Below are positions 40,271 to 49,073 of a stretch of 64,000 bases of DNA, piece by piece. The position numbers and the translations under genes were made by a program. Source of the DNA: Acidobacteriota bacterium (GTDB lineage: Bacteria; Acidobacteriota; UBA4820; DSQY01); assembly GCA_037445535.1 (NCBI GenBank), contig JBBIKI010000002.1, positions 14,338 to 78,337 of the forward strand. Direction: 5' to 3'. Positions within the stretch are counted from its first letter, which is position 1. Each line of letters begins with the position of its first letter. A model generated the notes under the pieces. It did no database searches. It was not told the origin of the DNA and saw nothing but the letters and a program-made list of their open reading frames with translations.

Positions 40271-41068
40271 TCACGCGAGGAGCCCCTTCAACCTGCCCCC
40301 ATCCACGGGCAGGGCCACCCCCGTGATGTAGGCGGCCGCTTCCGAGCAGAGGAAAGCCACGGCGGCGGCAATCTCTTCGGGCCGCCCCAGCCGTCCCGCG
40401 GGAATGCCGGCGGCCCATTCTCCGGCCACTTGGTCCCTCGTCTTGCCCGTGTTGCTGGCCGTGAAGGCCGCCAGCTCGTTGAGGCGCTCGGTGGCGGTGT
40501 ACCCAGGACACACGCTGTTGACCGTCACCCCATCGGGCGCCGCCTCCGTGGCCAAGGTCTTGAGAAGGCCCGTGAGGGCGGGCCGGTAGGCATTGGAAAG
40601 AGCAAGGCCGGGGATGGGTTCGTAGACGGAGACGGAGGTCATGGCCACGATGCGGCCCCATCGCCGCGTTCGCATCCCCGGCAGAACGCCCCGGATCATC
40701 CGGACCGCGGACATGAAGGTGAGCTCCCATCCGCTTCTGAGCTGCTCCTCGGTAGACACGGCATCAAAAGAGCCCGCAGGCGGGCCGCCGGCGTTGGCCA
40801 CCAGGATGTCCGCACGGCCAAAGGTTCGGTCAAGCTCCTTGAGGATCTTGGAGATATCCTCGCCCAAGGAAAGATCCCCCGCGCACGAGGCGGCCTTTGC
40901 GCTGAAGGACGTGCGGATCTCGCCCGCCAGGGACGCCAGGGCGTCCTCGCGCCGGGCCACCAGAAAGAGGTCCGCACCCTCTCGCGCCAGGGCGTGCGCC
41001 ACGGCCCTGCCCATGCCCGCTGATGCCCCGCATACGACCGCTACCTTGCCTTTCAGTCCGTAATCCAT
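40271..41068 (-). CDS. SDR family oxidoreductase (3-oxoacyl-ACP reductase-like)
   Basis: GKVAVVCGASAGMGRAVA (TGxxxGxG); NAG motif; catalytic Y-x3-K (SNAYRPALTGLLK). Confidence 0.9.
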   Translation of the reverse strand: MDYGLKGKVAVVCGASAGMGRAVAHALAREGADLFLVARREDALASLAGEIRTSFSAKAASCAGDLSLGEDISKILKELDRTFGRADILVANAGGPPAGSFDAVSTEEQLRSGWELTFMSAVRMIRGVLPGMRTRRWGRIVAMTSVSVYEPIPGLALSNAYRPALTGLLKTLATEAAPDGVTVNSVCPGYTATERLNELAAFTASNTGKTRDQVAGEWAAGIPAGRLGRPEEIAAAVAFLCSEAAAYITGVALPVDGGRLKGLLA

Positions 41069-41228
41069 GGAAGGGGTCCTCCACGTGAGCGTTCAGCCAC
41101 AAGACGGCCAAGATACGAGGGTACCAGGAAAGGCGGGCGGGGTGAAAAGAGAAACCCTAAGCCAGAAAATTTTCCGCCCCCTTCCCACGAACGCATGTTT
41201 CGCCTAAACTCTTCCGGTGGAGGTCGTC

Positions 41229-41717
41229 ATGTCGGACCACGGCAAGGGCATCGACGCCAGCAAGAAGATCCTCGAGGAGGAGCTCAAAACCCTCGAGCAC
41301 GAGCTTCGAGTCGATCTTCCTAAAGAGATAGACCGCGCGCGCCAGTTGGGCGATCTGAGCGAAAACGCCGAATACCACATGGCCCTTCAGCGGCAGCAGT
41401 ACGTGAAGGCCAGAGTGATGCAGGTGAGGGACCGCATCGCCGCCCTGGCGAGGGTCAACCTCAACTCCATCCCCACGGACAAGGCGGCCTACGGCAGTCT
41501 CCTGCGGCTTTTCGACGTGGACAAGGAAGAGGAATTGGAGATCCGGCTCGTCACCCACGAGGAGGCGGACATCGCCAAGGGCCTCTACTCGGTCCAATCG
41601 CCCATCGGCAAGGCCATGCTGGGCAAGCGTGAAGGGGACGAGGTGGTGGTCCAAACCCCCGGCGGCAAGCGCACCTTCGAGGTCATCGAACTCAAGACCA
41701 TTCACGACCAGGATTAG
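41229..41717 (+). CDS. greA: transcription elongation factor GreA
   Basis: ...EIDRARQLGDLSENAEYHMA... and a C-terminal FKBP-like domain; SD GGTGGAGG before the ATG at 41229. Confidence 0.9.
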   Translation: MSDHGKGIDASKKILEEELKTLEHELRVDLPKEIDRARQLGDLSENAEYHMALQRQQYVKARVMQVRDRIAALARVNLNSIPTDKAAYGSLLRLFDVDKEEELEIRLVTHEEADIAKGLYSVQSPIGKAMLGKREGDEVVVQTPGGKRTFEVIELKTIHDQD

Positions 41718-41881
41718 AGAGCTGGGGGAGCGGGAAGCAGACAAGGCAGTACGCGTCGCCGCGTCTTTGCATCTCACGTCACTCATATTGTTCAGGGACA
41801 GGAAGAGGCATGGACCTCGGCGTCCCGCCGTTTTTGTCCCCTTCTCCTCACTCCTCGCTTCTCACTCCTCACTGTCTCCAT

Positions 41882-43582
41882 TCACCTGGCCTCGAGCCGC
41901 TTGAGGCGCCAGGAGGCCAAGAGAAGGCACGCGAGGATCATCACCGCGCTCACGCCGCCCACGTCCAAGGCGGGAAGGCTATAAACAGCCTCCGGGCCCC
42001 TGCCCAGAACGTGCTTGTAATACTGGGCCACAGGCCTGGCTGAGAGAATGATCACTCCTCCCACGTAGCTCAGCGATAGAAACATGTAGCCGAGCCCCCA
42101 GGCGCTCATGACGGCCTTGGCGGGATTCTTGGAGTCGAAGACCGGCTGGGCGCTCCCCATGCACAGCGCCAGGGCCGACAGCGCCAGCGACGAAGCCACC
42201 GCAAGGAATACGGAGTAGTAGAGAGCCATGCCTTCGATCCCAAGGAAGCGGTTGGAGCCGTAAAGGGTGAGGGCCGCGAGGCCGCTGAGGGGCACAGCGG
42301 TGAACAGGTATTTTGCCCAGAGGTACGACCAGACATCCATGGGCAGGACCCGTGAAGTAAAGAAGGCCCGCCCCTCCGACCCCACGGCCGTAAAGGCAAA
42401 TCGCCCCGCCACCGAAGCCACGATCAGTCCCAGCGTGGCCAGGTTCCAGAAAGAGACGGCCACCTTGAAGACCGCCACCCCCGAGGGCATATAGCGGACG
42501 TTGAACAGATAGATGACAACGAGGGCCGCGAGGATGATGAGCTGGCCCCACTGCGTGGGATCCCGAAAGAAAAGGAGCAGGTCGCGCTTCAGAATGGCCC
42601 GGGCTCTGGGCCCGGCCGGCACGGGAGCGAGGGCAAGGCCGAGGAGGATCCGGCCCGCCGCGGCGCGCCCCCCGTCGGGACGCATGGTCTGCTGCTCCTG
42701 GGCGCGGCTGTAGCCTTTCCAGTGGAAGGCCTTCAGGAGCCCCGCCGCGAGGCCCAGGCATCCTGAGGCCAATCCGAGGAGCTTGGCCAGGGCCGGCCAA
42801 ACCAGGCCCCACTCCCCTTCAGCGCTCCTCACTACCACCTCGGCGAGCCACGTGGAGGGAAGGAGGGATTCGCTGGGCATCCTGATGGACCGGAGTACGT
42901 CGAGCACCTGGCTGGAGGATTCGGGGTTCAGGAGGGCCTCGGGCCGAGCCATGCGAAACAGGACCACGAGCATGCAGAGCATGACCACCGACAGGACCGT
43001 GAGGACCTGGTGCAGCCGGCGCGCGGGGAAAAACCTCGCCAGGAGCACCGTCACGACAATGCCAAGTGACAGCGGTACGCACAAATAGATCCCCAGCGCC
43101 GCCAGCGACAAGAGCAGCGCCCCCAGCCCCGCTTTGGAAAGGCTCCAGTAGGACGCCGCCACGGGAGCCAGGAGGAGGGCCACCATGTACCCGGCGTTGA
43201 TCGCCGCCTCTGCGGAGCGCTGGGTCCGCAGACGCCGGCGGGCGACGGGCAGAGGAAGAAGGAACGCCAGGTCGTCGTCCAGGTACAGGTACGAAAGGGC
43301 GCTTACGGCCGCCGAGAAAAGTAGCAGCGTGAAGGTAGTGAGGAGGACCAGTCCCATGAGCTTGCCCGCCACGGCCACCAGGAGCATGCGCGGAATGCCT
43401 TCCGCCAGCTCATTGGCGAGGAGATTCGCGAAGATCTTGCGGAAAAACACAAAGTCCCCGGCCCAGAAGAGAACTCCAGCAGAGGCGAAGCCCACCAGCA
43501 GGAGCCCTTTCAAGGCGCCCGTGGGCCACAGCTTGTGCCAAGCCATGGTGAGCCTGAGCCTGGTAAGGGGAAAGAACCTCAC
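41882..43582 (-). CDS. large polytopic membrane protein (about 12 TM), possibly an ABC-2-like exporter permease; family uncertain
   Basis: Hydrophobic helices throughout; no soluble domain; no ATPase gene adjacent. Alternative start at the ATG at 43546. Confidence 0.55.
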   Translation of the reverse strand: MRFFPLTRLRLTMAWHKLWPTGALKGLLLVGFASAGVLFWAGDFVFFRKIFANLLANELAEGIPRMLLVAVAGKLMGLVLLTTFTLLLFSAAVSALSYLYLDDDLAFLLPLPVARRRLRTQRSAEAAINAGYMVALLLAPVAASYWSLSKAGLGALLLSLAALGIYLCVPLSLGIVVTVLLARFFPARRLHQVLTVLSVVMLCMLVVLFRMARPEALLNPESSSQVLDVLRSIRMPSESLLPSTWLAEVVVRSAEGEWGLVWPALAKLLGLASGCLGLAAGLLKAFHWKGYSRAQEQQTMRPDGGRAAAGRILLGLALAPVPAGPRARAILKRDLLLFFRDPTQWGQLIILAALVVIYLFNVRYMPSGVAVFKVAVSFWNLATLGLIVASVAGRFAFTAVGSEGRAFFTSRVLPMDVWSYLWAKYLFTAVPLSGLAALTLYGSNRFLGIEGMALYYSVFLAVASSLALSALALCMGSAQPVFDSKNPAKAVMSAWGLGYMFLSLSYVGGVIILSARPVAQYYKHVLGRGPEAVYSLPALDVGGVSAVMILACLLLASWRLKRLEAR

Positions 43583-43720
43583 GGCGCGGACCCTCCGCCC
43601 AATCGGGACGGGACCCCAAGGCCCGGATGCCGAGGAGCGAGGGTCCGCCGTTGGGTTACGCTCGATCTGCCCGCGCTGGGGCGCGATCCCCTGTCCCCCG
43701 CTCGCCCCGTCCTCATTTCC

Positions 43721-44398
43721 TCATCCCGGCATCCCGGCATTTCCATAGGCCCCCAGAAGTCGCACGAACACGCATCCTCCCGTGCGCTCTCTTCGCGGAC
43801 CAGACGCCGTCAGGGTGATTCGTTCCAGCACCTGGGCTCTGCCGCCCGGAACATCCACAGGAGCCACCAGGATTCCTCCGGCGGCCAGTTGCCGGAGGAG
43901 GGGCGGGGGCACCACCGGGCAGGCGGCGGAGACGAGGATCCGGTCGAAGGGGGCCTCCTCGTGCCATCCCGCCGCGCCGTCTCCACGGCGCACCTGGCAC
44001 GGCGACAGCCCCGCCTGCCGAAGGCGCCCGGGGATAGCCTCGGCCAGCTCGTCGTACCATTCGAACCCCAGGGGCCTCGCGCCCATGGCCAGGAGGAGGG
44101 CGAGGACGTAGCCGCTGCCCGAGCCGATTTCCAGCACCTTCATGCCCCGCCTCACCTGGAGCGCATCGAGCATGAGGGCCACCATGAACGGCTGGCTGAT
44201 CGTTTGCCCGTGTCCCAGGGTCACGGGATGGTCTTCGTAGGCGAGGGGCCTGGCGGCCGCGGGCACGAAGATGCCACGGTCTACGCGAAGAAGGGCCCCC
44301 AATACGCGGCGGTCTCTTACGCCGCGGGAAAGAACCTGGCCCCGGACCATGGCCTTGAGATCGCTCCTTGCCTGCGCTGCCTGCCTTACCCCTTCCAT
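43721..44398 (-). CDS. pcm: protein-L-isoaspartate O-methyltransferase
   Basis: ...RRVLGALLRVDRGIFVP...; SAM motif VLEIGSGSGY; ...TISQPFMVA...; start at MEGVRQ (ATG 44398). The track ORF to 44761 is a non-homologous extension. Confidence 0.9.
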   Translation of the reverse strand: MEGVRQAAQARSDLKAMVRGQVLSRGVRDRRVLGALLRVDRGIFVPAAARPLAYEDHPVTLGHGQTISQPFMVALMLDALQVRRGMKVLEIGSGSGYVLALLLAMGARPLGFEWYDELAEAIPGRLRQAGLSPCQVRRGDGAAGWHEEAPFDRILVSAACPVVPPPLLRQLAAGGILVAPVDVPGGRAQVLERITLTASGPRRERTGGCVFVRLLGAYGNAGMPG

Positions 44399-45561
44399 GC
44401 CGTCTTCCCAATGGCGATCCACAGGAGTCCCGCCAGGCAGGAAACCACCGAGCTGGCCAAGAAGGCGGCCATGGGCCCCGCGTGGTCCCAGAGGAGGCCC
44501 GTCATGAGGGAGGCGGGGAGGAGGGCCACCCCCTTCACGGCATTGTAAGCGCCCATGCCCGAGCCCATCCGCTCTCGCGGGACCAGTTCGGAGACATAGG
44601 CCTTCTTCACGCCCTCCTCCACGGCCTGAAAGGGCCCGTAGAGAACGAAGAGGACGACCACGGCCCAAGGCGCGTGGGCGAAGGCGAAACCCAGGTACAC
44701 CAAGGCGTAGTAAAAGAAAGATAGGAGGGTCACTTTGCCCCTTCCCCAGGCGTCGGACCACGCGCCTATGGGCCCCGAAACGGCCGCGTAAAAAATGTTA
44801 AAGAGGAGGTACACGGCCGTCACCTTCCCCACGGAGAAACCAACCGATCGGGCCTTGAGAAGGAGGAACGTGTCGGAGGAGTTGGCCAGGTTGAAGAGGG
44901 CCGTCACCCAGAGAAACTGGCGGAACGCTCCCCCTTGGGAAAAAGCGGCGCGAAGCGTGGGCCGGGAAATTCCTTCGGGGTGCTTGGGAACGTCGTCCCT
45001 GATGAGGGCCACGAGGAGGAGCGCCACGAACCCGGGCACGATACTGATCCAGAATACGGTTCGCATGTCATACGACAGCACGGACAGCATGACCAATGCC
45101 GCCGCGGGACCGAGGGCGGCGCCCAGTGTGTCCATGCCCCGGTGCACGCCGAAGGCCCTGCCCCGGCTTTCCATGGGCGTGCTGTCCGCGAGGACCGCAT
45201 CCCTCGGCGCCGTTCGGATCCCCTTCCCCACCCGGTCCCCGAAGCGCGCCACGAGGATGGCCCCCCAGGTCTGCGCTGAAGCGATCAGGGGCCTCGCCGC
45301 CAGCGACAGGCCGTACCCGATGGCCATGGGCACCTTGCGCGTCCTGAAGCGGTCCGAGAGGCTCCCCGACCAGACCTTCAATAGGCTGGCCGTGGCCTCC
45401 GCCACCCCTTCGATGAGCCCGAGGGAGGCCCGCGAGGCCCCCAGCACGCCCGTGATGAAGAGGGGAAGCAGCGGATAGACCATTTCGGAGGAGATGTCGT
45501 TGAAGAGGCTCACAGCCCCTGCGATCCACACGTTGCGAGGAAGGTTCGGCCGCTTCGCCAT
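44386..45561 (-). CDS. MFS transporter
   Basis: 12 predicted TM helices; an MFS-type basic motif between TM2 and TM3 (...LSDRFRTRK...); start at MAKRPNLPRNVW (ATG 45561). Confidence 0.8.
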   Translation of the reverse strand: MAKRPNLPRNVWIAGAVSLFNDISSEMVYPLLPLFITGVLGASRASLGLIEGVAEATASLLKVWSGSLSDRFRTRKVPMAIGYGLSLAARPLIASAQTWGAILVARFGDRVGKGIRTAPRDAVLADSTPMESRGRAFGVHRGMDTLGAALGPAAALVMLSVLSYDMRTVFWISIVPGFVALLLVALIRDDVPKHPEGISRPTLRAAFSQGGAFRQFLWVTALFNLANSSDTFLLLKARSVGFSVGKVTAVYLLFNIFYAAVSGPIGAWSDAWGRGKVTLLSFFYYALVYLGFAFAHAPWAVVVLFVLYGPFQAVEEGVKKAYVSELVPRERMGSGMGAYNAVKGVALLPASLMTGLLWDHAGPMAAFLASSVVSCLAGLLWIAIGKTAWKG

Positions 45562-45719
45562 GCGCTGATTGTAGGCGCCAGATACCCCTTTCCGCAAGGA
45601 ACCGAACCCGAAGGATGAAGCGGCGATTCACCTCTTGCCGGGCGCCCGGTGGTGAAATCCTCATCTTTTCGCTACCATGCTTTCTGCGCTCAGGCGCCAT
45701 CTGATAGGGGACGCACGAC

Positions 45720-48700
45720 ATGAGACGCTACGCCTTGCCGGTGTTCTTGCTCTTGGCCCCGGTTCTTTCCTTGTGCGCGGCGGGGCCGAAGGCCGGCCTC
45801 ACACCGGCCGGGGCGTCTTCCGCCAGGCAGGAGGAGAAGGGCCCCTGGTCTTCCAAAACCTTCGAGGGGCTGAAACTCCGGTCCATAGGGCCGGCTCTCA
45901 CCTCGGGCCGCATCATGGACTTCGCCGTGGATCCCTCCAACCGCGCCCGGTACTTCGTGGCCGCCGCGTCGGGCGGCGTATGGAAAACGGTCAACGCGGG
46001 CACCACCTGGACGCCCGTCTTCGACAAGGAGGGCTCCTACTCCATCGGCTGCGTCACCCTCGACCCCAAAAACCCCAGCGTTGTGTGGGTGGGCACGGGA
46101 GAGCACAACAGCCAGCGGAGCGTGGGCTACGGCGACGGCGTCTACCGGTCGGAGGACGGCGGCCAGTCCTGGGAGAACCTGGGGCTGAAGGCCTCCCAGC
46201 ACATCGCCAAGATCCTCGTGGACCCGCGCGATTCCAAGGTGGTCTACGTGGCGTGCCAGGGGCCCTTGTGGTCCGCGGGGGGCGACCGGGGCTTATACAA
46301 AACCACCGACGGCGGGGCAACGTGGAAGGCCGTCCTCTCCATCTCGGAGAACACGGGCATCACGGACGTGCTCATGGATCCCCGCGACCCAGACGTCTTA
46401 TACGCGGCCGCCTACCAGAGGCGGCGCCACGTGTTCACCGTGATCAACGGAGGCCCCGAGGGGGCCATCTACACGTCTACGGACGCGGGCGCCACGTGGA
46501 AGAAGCTCACGAGCGGACTTCCCGAGGTGGATCTGGGCCGCATCGGCCTAGCCCTCTCGCCCGCCAACCCCGACGTGATCTACGCCGTCATCGAGGCGGC
46601 GGACAAGAAGGGAGGCATCTTCCGATCCACGGACCGGGGTGCCACCTGGGAGAAGCGCTGCGATTTCACGCCGGGAAGCGGCCAGTACTACAACGAACTC
46701 TACGCCGACCCCAAGGACACGGACCGCGTCTACGCCGTTGACGTCACCCTGAAGGTCACGGAAGACGGCGGCAAGACGTTCCACAAGGCCGGGGAAACGT
46801 ATAAGCACGTGGATAACCACGGCGTCTGGATCGATCCCCAGGACACGGACCATCTCCTGGTGGGATGCGACGGGGGCATTTACGAAACGTATGACCGCTG
46901 CGCATCCTGGGCCTTTAAGGCCAATCTTCCCGTGACGCAATTCTACAGGGTGGCGGTGGACAACAGCGCTCCCTTCTACTTCGTCTACGGGGGGACACAG
47001 GACAACTTTAGCCTCGGCGGCCCTTCGCGCACCACGAGCGCTTCGGGCATCGTGAATTCGGACTGGTTCGTCACCCACGGCGGGGACGGGTTCGTATCTC
47101 GCGTGGATCCCGTGGATCCGAACATCGTCTACTCCGAGTCTCAGTACGGCGGGCTGGCGCGGTACGACCGCCGCAGCGGAGAGGAGATCGACATCCAGCC
47201 CCAGCCCGGCAAGGGCGAGGGGCCCTACCGCTGGAACTGGGACTCACCCCTGATCATCTCCCCCCATTCGCCCACGCGGCTCTACTTCGCCTGCGAGCGA
47301 ATCTTCAGGAGCGACGACAGGGGCGACTCGTGGAAGGCCGTGAGCGGTGACCTTACCCGGCACCTCGACCGGAACAAACTCCCCGTCATGGGGAAAATCT
47401 GGCCCGCCGGCGCCGTGGCCAAGAACGCCTCCACCTCTTTCTTCGGCAACATCGTCTCCCTGAGCGAATCTCCCCTGAAGGAGGGCCAGCTCGCTGCGGG
47501 AACCGATGACGGCCTCGTTCAAATCACCCGGGACGGCGGCACCACGTGGACCAAACTGGACACCTTCCCTGGTGTGCCCGCCATGAGCTACGTGAGCCGT
47601 CTGGAGTGGTCCTCGCGCGACGCCTCGACCCTGTTCGCGGCCTTCGACAACCACAAGGAGGGCGACTTCAAACCTTACCTGCTCAAGAGCACCGACCTGG
47701 GCAAGACGTGGAGATCCATCGCGGGGAACCTTCCCGAGCGAGGCACCATCTACGCCCTGCTGGAAGACCCGGTCCGCAAGGATCTCCTTTTCGCGGGCAC
47801 CGAATTCGGCCTCTTCTTCACCGTCGGCGGAGGCATGAAATGGGTCCAGCTCAAAGGGGCCTTCCCCACCATCTGCGTAAAAGACCTAGCCCTCCAAACG
47901 CGGGAAGGTGATCTGGCGGTGGCCACTTTCGGGCGTGGGTTCTACATCTTGGACGACGTGACGCCTCTCAGAGCGGTAGACGACGCGCTCCTGGACAAGC
48001 CCGCGGCCCTCTTCCCCGTGAAGGACGCCCTGGCGTACATGGAGCGGTTTCCCCTGGGGGCCCGAGGCCCCGGCGAGCAAGGCGCGGCCTTCTACACGGC
48101 GCAGAATCCGCCCTTCGGCGCCCTCTTCACGTACTATCTGAAGGAGGATCTCAAGACCCTCAGGGAGAAACGCCACGAGGCCGAGAAGGACGCCGCCGCG
48201 AAGAAAGCGGCGCCCCCCTATCCCACGGCCGAGGAGCTTCGGGCCGAGGCCCGGGAGGCGGAGCCCGAACTCATCTTCACCGTGGCCGACGAGGAGGGCC
48301 GCACGGTGCGGCGCATCACGGCTCCCGCCAAGGCGGGCCTTCACCGCGTCGCGTGGGACCTGCGCTACCCGCCCTCCGTGCCCGTGACGAGCGAGGCCCC
48401 GCCGAAGGAGGCCGAGTACGAATCTGAACCAGATCACGGCCCCATGGCCGCACCCGGAACCTACTCCGTGTCCATGGCCCAGCGAGCGGACGGCATCACC
48501 ACGCCCCTGGCGGGGCCCGTCTCCTTCAAGGTGGTTACCCTGGGGCTCCAGACCCTCTCCGATCCGGACAAGGCCGCCCTCTTGGCCTTCGAGCAGCAGA
48601 CCGCCCGGCTCCAGCGCGCCGTCCTGGGCGCCGCAGACGCGGCTAAGGACGCCCAATCGCGAGTGAAACTCCTCCAGAAGGCCCTGGCCCGGACTCCCGG

Positions 48701-49040
48701 CGCCGATCCCGCCCTCCTTGACCAGGCCCGCGATCTCGACGTGAAGCTCGACGAGGCTTTGATCCAGCTTCGAGGCGACCGGGTTCTGAGGGAGCGCGAC
48801 GAGAACACCCTTCCCTCCATCGTAGACCGGGTCCAGACGGTGGTGGAGGGCGGCTGGGGCGCCACCTGCTCGCCGACCCAGACCCAGCGCGACCAACTGG
48901 CCCTGGCGGGCCAGCTCTTCGCCGCCGAATTGCCCAAGCTCAAGACCTTGATCCAGGGAGACTTGGCGCGCCTTGAGGCGGCCGCCGAGAGGGCCGGCGC
49001 CCCGTGGACACCGGGGAGGTTGCCGGAGTGGACGCCGTAG
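45720..49040 (+). CDS. secreted BNR/Asp-box repeat protein of the sortilin/VPS10-like family (1106 aa)
   Basis: Signal peptide; at least 8 S-x-D-x-G-x-T-W Asp-box repeats (SEDGGQSWENL, TTDGGATWKAV, STDAGATWKKL, STDRGATWEKR, TEDGGKTFHKA, SDDRGDSWKAV, TRDGGTTWTKL, STDLGKTWRSI). Confidence 0.85.
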   Translation: MRRYALPVFLLLAPVLSLCAAGPKAGLTPAGASSARQEEKGPWSSKTFEGLKLRSIGPALTSGRIMDFAVDPSNRARYFVAAASGGVWKTVNAGTTWTPVFDKEGSYSIGCVTLDPKNPSVVWVGTGEHNSQRSVGYGDGVYRSEDGGQSWENLGLKASQHIAKILVDPRDSKVVYVACQGPLWSAGGDRGLYKTTDGGATWKAVLSISENTGITDVLMDPRDPDVLYAAAYQRRRHVFTVINGGPEGAIYTSTDAGATWKKLTSGLPEVDLGRIGLALSPANPDVIYAVIEAADKKGGIFRSTDRGATWEKRCDFTPGSGQYYNELYADPKDTDRVYAVDVTLKVTEDGGKTFHKAGETYKHVDNHGVWIDPQDTDHLLVGCDGGIYETYDRCASWAFKANLPVTQFYRVAVDNSAPFYFVYGGTQDNFSLGGPSRTTSASGIVNSDWFVTHGGDGFVSRVDPVDPNIVYSESQYGGLARYDRRSGEEIDIQPQPGKGEGPYRWNWDSPLIISPHSPTRLYFACERIFRSDDRGDSWKAVSGDLTRHLDRNKLPVMGKIWPAGAVAKNASTSFFGNIVSLSESPLKEGQLAAGTDDGLVQITRDGGTTWTKLDTFPGVPAMSYVSRLEWSSRDASTLFAAFDNHKEGDFKPYLLKSTDLGKTWRSIAGNLPERGTIYALLEDPVRKDLLFAGTEFGLFFTVGGGMKWVQLKGAFPTICVKDLALQTREGDLAVATFGRGFYILDDVTPLRAVDDALLDKPAALFPVKDALAYMERFPLGARGPGEQGAAFYTAQNPPFGALFTYYLKEDLKTLREKRHEAEKDAAAKKAAPPYPTAEELRAEAREAEPELIFTVADEEGRTVRRITAPAKAGLHRVAWDLRYPPSVPVTSEAPPKEAEYESEPDHGPMAAPGTYSVSMAQRADGITTPLAGPVSFKVVTLGLQTLSDPDKAALLAFEQQTARLQRAVLGAADAAKDAQSRVKLLQKALARTPGADPALLDQARDLDVKLDEALIQLRGDRVLRERDENTLPSIVDRVQTVVEGGWGATCSPTQTQRDQLALAGQLFAAELPKLKTLIQGDLARLEAAAERAGAPWTPGRLPEWTP

Positions 49041-49073
49041 AGACTGCCGGAAATGGGAGGCGGTCCGCGGCCC

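Noticed and set aside
41718-41780. A weak hairpin ACGCG-TCGC-CGCGT after greA
   Set aside because: The stem is only 5 bp with a poor T-tract, so confidence is too low to list it as a terminator feature.
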